Assembly: GCF_006345805.1 (NCBI RefSeq)
Contig: NW_021834836.1
Location: forward strand, 1 to 37,816
From: Octopus sinensis
Lineage: Eukaryota
Length of the DNA stretch: 37,816 bases
Reading direction: 5' to 3'
Positions 12,172 to 24,775 of this stretch are shown in pieces. Made by a program: the position numbers and the translations under genes. The notes below the pieces were generated by a model. It was not told the origin of the DNA and ran no database searches. It saw only the letters and a program-made list of their open reading frames with translations. Every line of letters starts with the position of its first letter. The first letter of the stretch is position 1.

Positions 12172-15106
12172 ATCCATCCATCCATCCATCCATCCATCCA
12201 TCCATCCATCCATCCATCTATCCATCCATCCATCCATACATCCATCCATCCATACATACATACATCCATCCATCCATACATCCATCCCCCATCCATCCAT
12301 CCATCCATACATACATCCATACATCCATCCACCCATCCATCCATCCATCCATCCACCCATCCATCCATCCATCCATCCATCCACCCATCCATCCATCCAT
12401 CCATCCATCCACCCATCCATCCATCCATCCATCCATCCACCCATCCATCTATCCATCCATCCATTCATCCATCCATCCATACATCCATCCATCCAACCAT
12501 CCATCCATCCATCCATACATCCATCCATCCATCCATCCATCCATCCATACATACATACATCCATCCACCCATCCATCCATCCATCCATCCATACATACAT
12601 CCATCCATCCATACATCCATCCATCCATACATCCATCCATCCATACATACATACATCCATCCACCCATCCATCCATCCATCCATCCATCCATCCATCCAT
12701 CCATCCATCCATCCATCCATACATACATACATCCATCCACCCATCCATCCATCCATCCATCCATACATACATACATCCATCCATCCATCCATCCAGCCAG
12801 CCAGCCATACATACATCCATCCATACATCCATCCATCCATCCATCCACCCATCCATCCATCCATCCATCCATTCATACATACATACATCCATCCACCCAT
12901 CCATCCATCCATCCATCCATACATCCATCCATCCATCCATCCATCCATCCATCCATACATACATACATACATCCATCCACCCATCCATCCATCCATCCAT
13001 CCATACATACATCCATCCATCCATCCATCCATCCATCCATCCAGCCAGCCAGCCATACATACATCCATCCATACATCCATCCATCCATCCATCCACCCAT
13101 CCACCCATCCATCCATTCATCCATCCATCCATCCATACATACATACATCCATCCACCCATCCATCCATCCATCCATCCATACATACATACATCCATCCAT
13201 CCATCCATCCAGCCAGCCAGCCATACATACATCCATCCATACATCCATCCATCCATCCATCCACCCATCCATCCATCCATCCATCCATTCATACATCCAT
13301 CCATCCATACATCCATCCATCCATACATACATACATCCATCCACCCATCCATCCATCCATCCATACATCCATCCATCCATCCATCCATCCATCCACCCAT
13401 CCATCCATCCATCCATCCATCCATACATCCATCCATCCATCCATCCATCCATCCATACATACATCCATCCACCCACCCATCCATCCATCCATCCATCCAT
13501 ACATACATCCATCCATCCATACATCCATCCATCCATACATCCATCCATACATCCATCCATCCATACATACATACATCCATCCACCCACCCATCCATCCAT
13601 CCATCCATACATACATCCATCCATCCATACATCCATCCATACATACATACATCCATCCACCCATCCATCCATCCATCCATCCATACATCCATCCATCCAT
13701 CCATCCATCCATCCATACATACATCCATCCACCCATCCCCATCCATCCATCCATCCATCCATACATCCATCCATCCATCCATCCATCCATACATCCATCC
13801 ATCCATACATACATACATCCATCCACCACCCATCCATCCATCCATCCATCCATCCATACATCCATCCATCCATACATCCATCCATCCATACATACATCCA
13901 TCCATCCATCCATCCATCCATCCATCCAGCCATACATACATCCATCCATCCATCCATCCATCCACCCATCCATCCATCCATCCATCCATCCATTCATACA
14001 TCCATCCATCCATACATCCATCCATCCATACATCAATCCATCCATACATACATACATCCATCCACCCATCCATCCATCCATCCATCCATCCATACATCCA
14101 TCCATCCATCCATCCATCCATCCATCCACCCATCCATCCATCCATCCATCCATCACATCCATCCATCCATCCATCCATCCATCCATCCATCCATACATAC
14201 ATCCATCCACCCACCCATCCATCCATCCATCCATACATACATCCATCCATCCATACATTCATCCATCCATCCATCCATCCATCCATACATCCATCCATCC
14301 ATACATACATACATCCATCCACCCACCCATCCATCCATCCATCCATACATACTTACATCCATCCATCCATATATCCATCCATCCATACATCCATCCATAC
14401 ATACATACATCCATCCATCCACCCATCCATCCATCCATCCATCCATCCATCCATCCATCCATACATACATACATACATACATCTATCCACCCATCCATCC
14501 ATCCATCCATCCATCCATCCATCCATCCATCCATACATCCATCCATCGATACATCCATCCATCCATACATCCATCCATCCATACATACATACATCCATCC
14601 ACCCATCCATCCATCCATCCATCCATCCATACATCCATCCATCCATACATCCATCCATCCATACATACATACATACATCCATCCATCCATCCATCCATCC
14701 ATCCATCCATCCATCCATCCATACATCCATCCATCCATACATACATCCATCCATCCATACATCCATACATACATACATCCATCCACCCATCCATCCATCC
14801 ATCCATACATACATACATCCATCCATCCATACATCCATCCATCCATACATCCATCCATCCATACATACATACATCTATCCACCCATCCATACATCCATCC
14901 ATCCATCCATCCATACATCCATCCATCCATACATCCATCCATCCATACATCCATCCATCCATACATCCATCCATCCATACATACATACATACATCCATCC
15001 ATCTATCCATCCATCCATCCATCCATCCATCCATCCATCCATACATCCATCCATCCATCCATCCATCCATCCATCCATCCATACATACATCCATACATAC
15101 ATCCAT
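12172..15106. repeat. ~2.9 kb compound (CCAT)n tetranucleotide array with ACAT/ACCC/AGCC/ATTC variants
   Basis: Direct reading. It explains the >1000-aa HPSI/MDGW pseudo-ORFs. Confidence 0.99.
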
Positions 15107-15215
15107 GCATATCTACATGTATATCTACATTCCAACGACTGAGCGTTGTATCTTTGTTAGAAACGAGCTCCTTCCTCTTAGAAAGAATCCAAATAAAAGA
15201 AGAGAACTTACATTC

Positions 15216-15230
15216 ACACACACACACACA

Positions 15231-15263
<33 letters not shown>

Positions 15264-15279
15264 CACAGACACAGACACA

Positions 15280-15327
<48 letters not shown>

Positions 15328-15330
15328 CAT
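15216..15330. repeat. (CA)n/(CAGACA)n/(TA)n compound microsatellite
   Basis: Direct reading. Confidence 0.95.
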
Positions 15331-15499
15331 AAGTAGATACACATACACATACATATATCGTCAAAATATATTTAAAATTTCTGAATGCTTCAAAAATACG
15401 GACCCCAAAACATACGCTCATTATCTCTCTCTCTCTTTCTCTCTCCATCCATCCGTCCGTCCGTCCGTCAGTCCATCTGTTTGCCCGTCTGTCTGTCTG

Positions 15500-16546
15500 T
15501 TCCCGTTCGTCGGACAGTTTTGTTAGAACGTCCGACGAACGGGGACGTGAAACTCTGAGTAAGAGTTTTTGTGATTTTTCTGCTGCTTTTAAATACCTGA
15601 CCCGCCTGTTCGGGACGACTTTCGGGCCAGGGCCCATGGACAACTTCCAGAGATCCCTGGCCTGGCAGTGCTACCGAGAAGCGCTACCCGTTCGGGATAA
15701 GCTCTACAGACACGGCTCGAGAAACACGGGGCCGACCTGCCCGAGATGCGGTCAGAGCGACGAAACCGTTCTGCACGCACTCGTTCAGTGTCCAACAATT
15801 TCCGACCTGTGGGCTTATGTCGAACAACTGCTGTCACGTGTGGGACGAGTCGGTTTATCAGCTGAGTCTATCGTCAATATTGTCACGCCTCCTTCCTTCA
15901 AACGGGAAGGAAGAGCTATTTTCATCATCCTTGTGGCTATGGCGAAGAATGTATCTGGTGGACGCGTCTGAAAGGATTGGAGACAAACACTTTCCTCTCT
16001 GGTCAATCTCTCATCAACTTCTTCAAGTACCACTTGAAAAGGAAAGTGAGAGTAGAGAGGCAAGTTTTGTCTAGCGAATGTTTTAAAAAAAGATGGGTGA
16101 ATGTTGCAAGAATGGCACGTATGAATGACGAAGCCACCTTGAGCATAGTCCTATGAACCCAGAAATCGAAAACAGAGAGTTACTTATTTGCAAAAAAAAA
16201 AAAAGAAATATAAATGTGACTCATTGACCGAGGATACCGTGGTCTTTTCGTAGGCTTTTCTTTCCACGGATAAACCTCACCTGTCCTCCCCTTACACTTC
16301 ATATTGACATTTCTGTGATAACGATCCCTATTGATCATTTTTTTTTTTTTTTTTTTCTCCCCTTTTTTTTTTTTTTTTTTTACCCCCCTTTTTTTTTTTT
16401 TTTTTTGTCCTCTTTCTCTCCTTTTACGATCCCTTTTGATCGAACCTCCCCCTTCCTATTTTTTTTTTTTAATACCTTCAAAAGAAAAGCTCTACCTTGT
16501 AATTTGTTCTATCTGTGTGCAGCCCTGTGTGGCTAATAAAGAAAAC
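15500..16546 (+). mobile_element. Tx1/L1-clade non-LTR retrotransposon derivative: hairpin leader, ORF2 C-terminus and 3' UTR
   Basis: ORF2 end RLFGTTFGPGPMDNFQRSLAW...LPVRDKL...CPRCGQSDETVLHALVQCP...(frameshift ~15948)...CIWWTR...SIVL* (stop 16154-16156) gives a CCHC zinc knuckle plus an IWxxR motif. Pyrimidine-rich UTR, aataaa at 16535-16540, then (TATC)n. Confidence 0.88.
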
Positions 16547-16558
16547 TATCTATCTATA

Positions 16559-16645
<87 letters not shown>

Positions 16646-16646
16646 A

Positions 16647-16681
<35 letters not shown>

Positions 16682-16734
16682 ATATATATATATCTATCTA
16701 TATATCTATCTATATATCTATCTATCTATCTATA
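16547..16734. repeat. (TATC)n microsatellite, imperfect
   Basis: Direct reading. Confidence 0.97.
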
Positions 16735-17359
16735 TAAATTTCATACATATTGAGATATGCAGACATATATATATATATGTTTATATGTATATATACATAT
16801 GTAATCAAATATATTTTCATACACACACATACACGTATAAATGTGCACACACACACGCACACACACACATACATGTGTACATCCACACATAAACACGTAT
16901 ATACGTATACACGTAAGTATACACACATATGCACTAAATGTACTAAAAAGTGATACAAAATTGACACACCTTGATCTGGCAATAAAGGCATACAGAGAAA
17001 ATTAAACAGTAAAGTACCCAGACGTAGGGTTCATCCAGTACAAAAAACAGCATGTTTATATTTTTATATTGTTTATTATTTCGTGTAGTTGTTTATTTAT
17101 ATTTATATATTTTAGAAAATTAGTTTGGTTCACTAAGGTAGCTTTTGACTTTTGACAGCCGAATCGGCGCAATTAATATTTATTAAATAAGTCACGCGCA
17201 CAATCCTTCTGTTAAGCGTTCTGTTCCATCAGGTTATCAACATGATTTTGTTCTTGATATATTTGGGCCAGGACTGACGACAGCTTGATATTTTGTGTTT
17301 CGTTTGTGTGTTTAGCGACAGGTATTGTTACGATCATATAAATATATGAGTATATGCTT

Positions 17360-17786
17360 ATCTTTTCGGTTTGAACGGCAGTTTTTAACATAATTTCTAG
17401 GTAACTAAAATATTTTAAACTTCGTATACTGGTAGAATGTGTTTATAAAACATTGTTTTCTCTTGGCTTTCTTGAGAAAATTCTATAGTTTGTAAGATAT
17501 TTGTTGTTTTTTTCTTCAAAATTCTGCAATTTCAACCAATTAATGACGTCCATTGAGGTAAACAACATTCAGTGCCGTATGAATATGTCCCTCGTTTAAG
17601 AAACAGATTGGGTTTATTTACATTTGTGAAGAAAAAAAGATACCCTTCCCCCACCCCTAACCCTAACCCTAACTAACCCTAACCCCAAAATTGATTGAAA
17701 TACAATAGATCGATACTAGGGTCATCATTACGGGTGACAATTTCATATGACACCGCTAGAAAAACTGCCGTTCAAACCGAAAAGAT
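17360..17786. mobile_element. 427-bp MITE with perfect 27-bp TIRs and an internal (CCCTAA)n tract
   Basis: atcttttcggtttgaacggcagttttt (17360-17386) is the exact reverse complement of 17760-17786. About four ccctaa units at ~17655-17682. No clear TSD. Confidence 0.88.
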
Positions 17787-17905
17787 CCTGTTTATATATA
17801 TACGCAAAGTTCTTGTGTGTTAGAGTATATACAGACGTAAAAAAATAAAATAATGTTGCCCTTTAAAGCCTCGCCAGGATCATATATACAGACATACGCA
17901 TGTAA

Positions 17906-17945
<40 letters not shown>

Positions 17946-17950
17946 ATATA

Positions 17951-18164
17951 TTCTTTTATTCTTTTACTTGTTTGACTGGTCAAGCTGGATCACCACACTG
18001 AAGGGTCTTAGTCGAGCAAATTGACCCCAAGACTTGTTTGTTTTTAAAAGCCTACTACTTATTCTATCGTTCTCTTAGGTCGAAACGCAAAGTTATGGGG
18101 ACGTAAATACACCAACACCGGTTACCAGGCAGTGATGGCGGGAGACAAACACAAACACAAAGGC

Positions 18165-18215
<51 letters not shown>

Positions 18216-18381
18216 TACAACGGACTTCTTTCAGTTTCCGCTTACCAAATCCACTCACAAGGCTTTGGTTGGCCCGAGGCTATAGTAGAAGATACTTGCC
18301 AAATGTGCCACGCAGTGGGACTGAACACGGAACCACGTGGTTGGGAAGCAGGATTCTTACCACACACCCTCGGCTGCGCCT
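17951..18381 (-). mobile_element. SINE family K, near full length, with internal (CA)n
   Basis: Colinear with the reverse complement of 34977-35373. Confidence 0.9.
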
Positions 18382-18514
18382 AAACACACCACATGCGCGC
18401 ACACAGATGGATATGTTAATTTCTATATCATTCATTTATGTTTGATATATTTTTATTTACATTATTTACATTATTTACATTTGGCGGATATTTGTCCTCA
18501 TCTTGTTTGTTGTT

Positions 18515-18560
18515 AACACATCGTTTGAGCTGATATACCCTCCAGCCTTCATCAGGTGTC
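18515..18560 (-). ncRNA. Degenerate (probably inactive) minimal hammerhead motif
   Basis: gacac CUGAUGA a ggctg-loop-cagct CAAA cg AU gtgtt. Stems I and II pair, but G12 is C and U16.1 is A. Confidence 0.45.
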
Positions 18561-18784
18561 TTGAGGAAATTTCAAACCTAGGTTATCATTCCTAAGATAT
18601 TTTTTAATATCATCATCATCATCACCATAACTGGCCTGAAGACCCCGTGTACCTGCAAGCGGTAGTCAGAATAGCAAAAGACTCAATCGACTCGAATAAA
18701 ATATATTACTATTCTCTACTATGTTACTGAGTACTGTTTTTTTTTGACAGACAACACTGAACGTGAATGTGTGTGTATATAGAT

Positions 18785-19018
18785 ATGGCGGCGAGCTGGC
18801 AGAAACGTTAGAGCGCCGGGCGAAATGCTTAGCGGTATTTCGTCTGTCGTTACGTTCTGAGTTCAAATTCCGCCGAGGTCGACTTTGCCTTTCATCCTTT
18901 CGCGGTCGATAAATTAAGTACCAGTTACGCACTGGGGTCGATGTAAAACGACTTAATCTGTTTGTCTGTCCTTGTTTGTCCCCTCTGTGTTTAGCCCCTT
19001 GTGGGTAGTAAAGAAATA
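18785..19018 (+). mobile_element. tRNA-derived SINE (family M) with a Meta/MESC-like central domain
   Basis: Head ggcggcgagctggcagaaacg, B box gttcaaattc, central gcctttcatcctttcgcggtcgataaattaagtaccag. The Meta-domain assignment is from memory. Confidence 0.85.
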
Positions 19019-19061
19019 TATATATATATGTGTGCCTATGTTTGTGTATAGATACATATAC

Positions 19062-19092
<31 letters not shown>

Positions 19093-19095
19093 TGC

Positions 19096-19156
<61 letters not shown>

Positions 19157-19198
19157 GCACATTCTAATCGCCAGTTAGTCACCCTTCTAATTTATATA

Positions 19199-19428
19199 TA
19201 GGGTTGACCAAAAGTCACCTGACAGTAGATCATAACCATTTAATTCCAAGATTTATTTATGTTTAACAAGTGAATGAATTTAATAAACGCATCTAAATAT
19301 AAAACATCATAAAAACTGTTCAAACTGAAGTCCTTGAGCGACACATTTTCCATTCGAGTCAATACAGAATTACAGATTAGCATTTATGGAATTTTGATTT
19401 ACTGTCGGTTGACTTTCGGCCAACCTTG
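19199..19428. mobile_element. ~230-bp Tc1/mariner-like MITE
   Basis: 29-bp imperfect TIRs (19199-19227 vs 19400-19428, 23/29 match), flanked by TA on both sides. Confidence 0.75.
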
Positions 19429-19436
19429 TATATATA

Positions 19437-19773
19437 TTCTTTTATACTTTTACCTGTTTACAGTCATTTGACGGCAGCCATGCTGGATCCCGGCCTTCAG
19501 TCGAACAGTTCGACCCCAAGACTTATTCTCTGTAAGCCTAGTACTTATTCTATTGGTCTCTTTTGCCGAACCGCTAAGTTACGGGGACGTAAACACACCA
19601 ATATCGGTTGTCAAGCGATAGTGGGAGAACAAACACAGACACACAAATACACACATGCACACACACTCACACACGCGCATACACACATACGACACACACA
19701 TACGACAAACTGAACCCGGAACCATGTGGTTGGGAAGCAAGCTTCTTACCACACAGCCACGCTTGCGCCTATG
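19437..19773 (-). mobile_element. SINE family K with internal deletion of the CORE-like segment
   Basis: 3' part and head both match 34977-35373; the microsatellite joins directly to aactgaacccggaacc. Confidence 0.88.
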
Positions 19774-19815
19774 TAAATAAAATAATTAAGGTAATGCTAT
19801 GCAACTTCGTAATAA

Positions 19816-20340
<525 letters not shown>

Positions 20341-20389
20341 GATATCTATCTATCTATCTATCTTTACATACTACACACATATATATATA

Positions 20390-20465
20390 GTTAATCCAAA
20401 CAAGAAAGCACAAAAAACACCACAACGCGAGGACGTGGAACAAATATAGTATTATTGGACGCTCA
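20390..20465 (+). repeat. Short interspersed repeat fragment; second copy at 23700-23755
   Basis: gttaatccaaacaagaaagcacaaaaaacaccacaacgcgaggacgtggaaca vs gttaatccaaacaagaaagaacaaaaaaacacaacaacgcaaagacgttgaaca. Confidence 0.8.
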
Positions 20466-20520
20466 TATATATTTATACATACATACATACATGCATACAT
20501 ACATACACACACACAACACA

Positions 20521-20566
<46 letters not shown>

Positions 20567-20609
20567 ATATATTTATACACACACGCATATATATATACAT
20601 ACATACATG

Positions 20610-20666
<57 letters not shown>

Positions 20667-22091
20667 TTATACACACACGCATACATGTGTGTGTGTGTGT
20701 GCTTGTGCGTGACGCTGCGATATTTGTTTGGTTGACAGAACAAAAATTTGTGTGAAGTTTGAAATACAAAAATATTTATTTTAACGTCGACAAAAATACT
20801 GTTGTTGCGGCGAATTTACACAGTTCGTTTACGTTCGCTAGGCATGAATGTATCAACACTGGTAATGGATTGTTGCAGTCGTTGACTTCTTTATCCGAAG
20901 TTGAGTTCCCATAGGTAGTCGAATTTTGCTGTGTCACGACCACTGATCAGCCACCAGACAAACTGCCTGTATACAACCCTAGGCTGTTAAAGGAAAAGTC
21001 CTAAAGACAAAGACAAAATCGTTAATGAGATTACAATATGTTGTTTATCCCAAAATGTTTACGACAACTGGGATGTTAATGGGTTAAATCATCTGTCTGT
21101 CGTTGTTATTGTGATTTTGTTGGTCGACTAGCTACTGATAAAAAACAAATACATAATCGTTTTATCAGAAGTTTGAATGGTTCGTAGCTGGGTGACATCA
21201 TCAGTCCCTGACACAAACCTGTTTGTAGGCAGTGAATTGGCGCTTGAAACCTTGCCAATATTTCTTATGTATGTATATATATATATATTATATTATATAT
21301 ATATATATTTACTTGGAAGAGGATGCGTGGCGTTCAATCATATAATAATATAAATAATATATATATATATAAATAATATATATATATATGCATATATACA
21401 TACGTATATGTACATACTTCTATACGTATATATATGCTTATGTGGGCACAGGACGTCACAAAACGTGTACAACAACAACAGAAAAATACGAAGCACGAGT
21501 ACATAGAACATGAACTATTTTTTCGAACAACAAAAGGTACAAATGGAAAACAAAACAAACAACACAAAGAACTACCCTTCATCAGTTGTTGCTTGTTTTT
21601 CTACTCCTGTATTACGAGCATTTAACAACAATATATGCTTTCGATAAAACAGTTGCTCCGGCAAAGCAAATTAAATAAAATTTGGGATTTTGCAGAGGAT
21701 CAAAATTGGTAGCACAAACAGGACAGTGAAAGCAAACAGGAAGGGCTGCTAAGCCTAAACGATGTTGTGGTGGCGAACGCGTAAATCAAGCTTCGACAGG
21801 AGACAGACAAGAACACGTCTGCCTTGTTCTAGCTACAATGGTGAAAAGGAAAGATGACCGATGGTCACGTGGGAACCACGCGAGAAAGGGAGCAGGAGTG
21901 AGAGAGAGAGAGTGGCAGAATAATAGGGTAGAATGGTGGGAGAAAAGGAGGTAAAAGAATAAGAGAGAGAAAGAGAGAAAACGAAAGAGTAAAAAGATCG
22001 TATAGAGTGCGTATCAGAATTATTAAAATAAAACTTACTTGGAAGAGGATGCGTGGTGTTCAATATAATGATAATAATAATATATATATTA

Positions 22092-22483
22092 TTTTACTTG
22101 TTTCAGTCATTTGACCGCAGCCAAGCTGGAGAACCGCCTTAAAGTGATTTTGTCGAACAATTCGACCGCAGGACTTATTTTTAAGCCTAGTACTTATTCT
22201 ATCGGTCTCTTACGCCGAACCGCTAAGTTACGGGGACGTAAACACACCAACACCTGTTGTCAAGCGATGATGGGGGGACAAACACAGACGTAAACACACT
22301 CGCGCAGATATATACACATATATACGACGGGCTTCTTGCAGTTTCCGTCCACCAAGTCTACTCACTGGGATTTGATCAGCCCCAGGCTATAGCAGAAGAC
22401 ACTTACTCAAGTGCCATGCCGTGGGACTGAACCCGGAATCATGTGGTTGGGAAGCAAGCTTCTTGCCACACAGCTGTCCCTAT
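22092..22483 (-). mobile_element. SINE family K, near full length
   Basis: Colinear with the reverse complement of 34977-35373. Confidence 0.9.
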
Positions 22484-22537
22484 GTAAAAATGTGTAACAT
22501 ATATATATATATATACACACATATACATGCATACATG

Positions 22538-22571
<34 letters not shown>

Positions 22572-22620
22572 CACCACACACACACACACACAATATATAT
22601 ATATATATATACATACATAT

Positions 22621-22872
22621 GTGGAGGCGCAATGGCTCAGTGGTTAGGGCAGCGGACTCGCGGTTGTAGGATCGCGGTTTCGATTCTCAGACCGGGCGTT
22701 GTGAGTGTTTATTGAGCAAAATAAATGTCAGCTTTCTCTCACTCTTTCTTCTGTTGGCCTGCTCGCTTAGCCAGTGGGATGGCGTCATTTGAAGGCTAAA
22801 ACAATGCGAAGCACATTGTGACCAGCGATGTGTAGCAACATCTGATAGCCTGGTCGGTCACGGTGACGGTGA
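22621..22872 (+). mobile_element. tRNA-derived SINE, head C plus tail D
   Basis: Head gtggaggcgcaatggctcagtgg...gtttcgattc is shared with 26358; the tail (gctaaaacaatgcgaagc...ggtcggtcacg) differs. Confidence 0.8.
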
Positions 22873-23099
22873 TATATACATATATATGTACACGTGTGTA
22901 TACATGACCATCTTCGTGCTTTGATTCTGGTCACCCGAGGATGCGCATGTATACAATTATTGTTGAATCATATTAATGCAATAATTCTCCTGTGAGGCGT
23001 GCTTTGTTTGAGATGCTACTGTATAATTTGATGCAGATTTGGCTGCTATTTTTAGCAGGTCAGGTGATCACTTAGAAGTTCCCTTGTTGGTTTGTTATT

Positions 23100-23575
23100 C
23101 TTGTTGTTTGTGCTAGTGGTGGCGATGGTAGTGGTGAAGTAGGTGACTGGCATAACAACATAGATAACAAAAAGGCGGGATACGGGCAAAGAAGCTGTTG
23201 CTGATGATAGAGGTGATGATTATGATGATGATGATGAAGAAGATGCTGATGGTGCTGGTGCTAGATGTGGTAATGATGCTACTGTTGATGCTGCTGTCTC
23301 CACTGATGGCGGTGGTGGTGGCGTTATGATGATAATGATAATGATGATGATGACGGTGATGATGATGATGATGCTTATTATTATATTAGGAATGGTCACG
23401 AGAGCGATGGTCAAAAATGTATCATGTATCTAGTGTCTAGTCTTAATCTTCGCTTCCGCCCCTTTTTCAACTGCCTCCTCATCTTCCTCCCCCTTCTCCT
23501 CTCCTTTCTCCTCCTCCTCCTCCTCCTCCTCCTCCTCATTATCACCGTCGTCGTCATTGTCGTTCATAAACGCGC
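23100..23575. repeat. Low-complexity triplet region (GGT/GAT/GCT/CCT)
   Basis: Direct reading. Confidence 0.8.
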
Positions 23576-23654
23576 AACGCATGTAGATATGAATACATGC
23601 ACGTGATATGTGTATTGTTTGGATTAACTTTATATACATAATACATCATACATA

Positions 23655-23695
<41 letters not shown>

Positions 23696-23801
23696 ATAAA
23701 GTTAATCCAAACAAGAAAGAACAAAAAAACACAACAACGCAAAGACGTTGAACATATATATATATATGTTTATATATATATATATATAGATATATATATA
23801 T

Positions 23802-23856
<55 letters not shown>

Positions 23857-23858
23857 GT

Positions 23859-23931
<73 letters not shown>

Positions 23932-23969
23932 TTATCTATATAATGTATAAATATATATTATATATATAT

Positions 23970-24106
23970 CTTTTTACTCTTTCACTTGTTTCAGTCATTT
24001 GACTGCGGCCATGCAGGAGCACCGCCTTTAGTCGAGCAAATCGATCCCGGGAATTATTCTTTGTAAGCCCAGTACTTACAACCGATGCTGGTGTGTTTAC
24101 GTCCCC
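23970..24106 (-). mobile_element. SINE family K fragment with an internal inversion
   Basis: 23970-~24078 is the SINE 3' end on minus; ~24079-24106 (caaccgatgctggtgtgtttacgtcccc) is an upstream SINE segment on plus. Confidence 0.8.
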
Positions 24107-24775
24107 AGGTAGTATTTTCGGGGAAGGTGTGTTGTTGTGGTTGAACTTTTCTTAAGTTTCTACAACACAACCTTCCCCGAAAATACTACCTTACATATCT
24201 ACAACAACCCCAAAACAAAGAAGCCTTCACCATCATCACCCAGAATTTACCATACTTCATAAAACCCAAAATTAAAGGAAATTCTAAACCTACCACCAAA
24301 TCATTAAAAGCTACAAACAGCCTAAATCACTTAAAAAGAGTCTCACAAAGGCAAAATTGTCTTCTAAAATTACGGATGCAAAAGTAAAAAATGTGGTAGA
24401 TCGAACTGTGCAACTGTCCTAACCTATTGGAAGGATCAGATTCTTCTTTAAAGAGGGACAGAAAATTCAAGATCAAATCTAACTTTACTTGTGCCTCTGA
24501 AAACATAATTTATGTCATTAATGCTCGGGCTGCCACCAAGACTACGTGGGTTCCACGGGACTATCACTCAGGCGTAGATGCACACTGCATCGACAACAGA
24601 TTGCATTCCCAGAATATAGAATGATACCTTTTAGTGAGCACATTGAGAATGCGCAAGCACTACTACTGCCACAATTTTTAATCTTTCCCATTTTACCAAT
24701 GTGCTTTCGGATCATCAACACAATGAGACTGAACAAGGAAACATTCTTCATTGAAAAGTACAAACCCAGACTCAA

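Noticed and set aside
11927-15336. 1071-aa and 1062-aa HPSI-repeat ORFs and the antisense MDGW ORFs
   Set aside because: (CCAT)n lacks stop codons in these frames; no non-repetitive domain or coding signal.
17145-17235. Very decayed hammerhead-like arrangement on minus
   Set aside because: Both core boxes would need several changes; indistinguishable from chance.
17655-17682. True telomere or chromosome fusion site
   Set aside because: Only about four units, internal to a TIR-bounded MITE.
21500-21650. Hammerhead around the minus-strand CUGAUGA near 21580
   Set aside because: Neither upstream nor downstream GAAA gives consistent stems I, II and III together.
22621-22700. tRNA gene (also the heads at 8480-8548, 29225-29295 and 34977-35045)
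   Set aside because: A and B boxes are present, but the acceptor stem is not closed and each continues into a multicopy SINE body.
23220-23414. Pro/Ser-rich exon on minus (PPPPPSVETAAS...)
   Set aside because: Lies within triplet low-complexity DNA, with no convincing splice or homology evidence.
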